Below, one piece after another: positions 18,367-20,000 of a DNA stretch of 20,000 bases. The notes beneath the pieces were generated by a model. The model was not told where the DNA came from. It ran no database searches and was given only the letters and a program-made list of their open reading frames with translations. Location of the stretch: NCBI GenBank assembly GCA_003971905.1, contig RSEE01000145.1, positions 106,358 to 126,357 of the forward strand, written 5' to 3'. The stretch comes from Moniliella sp. 'wahieum' (lineage: Eukaryota). Position numbers and translations under genes: made by a program. Position 1 is the stretch's first letter, and each line of letters begins with the position of its first letter.

Positions 18367-20000
18367 ATGCTGCTGAGCCCGCTGGCGCCGGCGCCGGCGT
18401 ACGCGCACACGCCCTCGGGGTTGGACGGCATCCCCCCGGCGCTCGAGGCAGAGGTACGTGTGTACGCTTGCCGTCTGATCCAAGCGGCAGCCATGGCGCT
18501 GCACCAGTCGCAGCGCGCGGCAGCACTGGCCCAGATCCTATTCCAGCGCTTCTTTGCCGTCTCGTCGCTGCGCAGCTTCAGCGTTGCCCCCACGGCGGCG
18601 GCTGCGCTCCTGCTCGCATCCAAGCTCGACGAGGCTCCAGTGCGCACACGTGACCTCCTCCATGTGTTCCACTTTGCCCTCCCGCGCGATGCGCATCGCG
18701 CCCGCCTCACCCCGGGCCCACGCGATCGGCACCTCGCTTCGCTCCGTACGCGTGCGCGTGGGGGTGCGCGTGATGCTGGTGTCCACCACGCCACGCGTCC
18801 CACACGTCCCACACGCTCCCCTGTCCGCCCGCCCCAGGCCCAGTCCACCGACTCGGACACCGCTTTCATCTGGTCCCCACCGCGGTGCGCCGAGGGCGCG
18901 TACGTGGCGCAACAGGAAGAGGTGGTGGTGGCGGAGATGCAGTTGCTCAAGCGGCTTGGGTTCCGGACGGACGTCACGTTGCCCTACAACACGCTGGCTA
19001 CGTACCTCCAACTCTTGGGGCTTACCGATGCCCAACGCTTCCCCGGCGCAGCGCAGATGGCTTGGGCCGTGGTGAATGATGCGTATGTCGCCTCCCTTTT
19101 TCTTCTCTTCTGTTTTGTTCTTTGGTTTTAAGTAACCCTTTCTCCTACCTTGCCTCTCTCCTCGCTTTGCTTCGCCTCACTTTGCATTGCTTTGCTTGGC
19201 CTCACTCGCCTGGGTACACCTTTCCTTCCTTTCCTTTCCTTTCCTTTCCTTTCCTTTCCTTTCCTTTCCTTTCCTTTCCTTTCCTTTCCTTTCCTTTCCT
19301 TTCCTTCCTTTCCTTTCCTTTCCTTTCCTTTTCCTTTCCTTTCCTTTCCTTTCCTTTCCTTTCCTTTCCTTTCCTTTTTTCCTTTTTCCTTTCCTTTCCT
19401 TTCCTTTCCTTTCCTTTCCTTTCCTTTTCCTTTCCTTTCCTTTCCTTTCCTTTCCTTTCCTTTTCCTTTTTTCCTTTCCTTTCCTTTCCTTTTTGTCCTT
19501 TCCTTTCCTTTCCTTTCCTTTCCTTTCCTTTTTTCCTTTCCTTTCCTTCCTTTCCTTTCCTTTCCTTCGCGGCTCCCTGACGCAGATTACAACCCCCGTT
19601 TACTGCCTCTTCCGCGCCCACGCCATCGCCTGTGCTGCCATCTACTTGACTGCACTCTACCCGCCACCTGGATGTCCTGCCCCCGACCCTATCTCCGACC
19701 CTACCCCTGACCCTGCCAGCGTGCCTACCGCGTCCCCTTCTCCCCACGACGCCAATACCCACACCGTCACCGTCACCGCCGATGCCACTGCCCCCGCCCA
19801 CGCCGCCCCGCCACCGCCACTACCGCCGGTGCCGAAGCCGCGCTGGTCGCGCACCCACGCCCGAGCGCCGACGACAAATTGGCTTACCGTACCACCCTGC
19901 ACCGTGGTTCGCGCTCCTGACGTGGACGAGGGGGAACTACGTACGATCTGTGCCCATCTGTTGTACCTCTACGATTCTCACCCGGCTCCTTTGCCTCCTC
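18367..20000 (+). CDS. Cyclin L-like protein (transcriptional cyclin), runs off the window; exon 1 18367-19082, exon 2 from 19586
   Basis: MLLSPLA..TPSGLDGIPPALEAEVRVYACRLIQAAAMAL..AQILFQRFF..ALLLASKLDEAPVRTRDLLHVF (cyclin N box with the cyclin L-type TPSxxDG start); AEMQLLKRLGF..VTLPY; AWAVVNDA|LQ-PVYCLFRAHAIACAAIYL; LPYHPAPWFAL..DVDEGELRTICAHLLYLY (C box). Confidence 0.9.
19083..19585 (+). other. Spliceosomal intron (503 nt) of the cyclin L gene
   Basis: GTATGT donor at 19083; CCTGAC branch-like motif (19576-19581) and GCAG acceptor ending 19585. Protein similarity resumes across the junction. Confidence 0.85.
19221..19568 (+). repeat. (TTTCC)n pentanucleotide microsatellite, ~350 bp, intronic
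   Basis: Directly visible; preceded by degenerate pentamers (CTCGC/TTTGC/TTCGC) at ~19161-19210. Confidence 0.98.

Noticed and set aside
19122..19801. ORFs with FPFLS / KGKER repeats
   Set aside because: They lie largely over the intronic (TTTCC)n array.

Overview
Eukaryotic, most likely basidiomycete fungal, genomic DNA in two compositionally different halves. The left ~8.7 kb is visibly lower in GC and has no recognisable protein gene. It does contain a 294-bp non-autonomous Helitron (2691-2984, minus strand) ending in two tandem C(GNA)G-loop hairpins, plus a weakly supported chain of short exons. A compound microsatellite block (8762-9330) separates this from a GC-rich, gene-dense right half. 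The right half holds a long low-complexity Yap/AP-1-type bZIP gene (minus), a 5'-truncated Ty3/Gypsy retrotransposon without a visible chromodomain (RNase H end, integrase, 3' LTR; plus), exocyst subunit EXO84 (minus, one 80-nt intron near its 3' end), and a divergently transcribed cyclin L gene (plus) whose intron is mostly (TTTCC)n. All coding regions are broken by 1-bp frameshifts; those examined lie in short homopolymers and look like long-read assembly errors, not pseudogenisation. Protein identifications come from motif recognition by eye, not from database searches.
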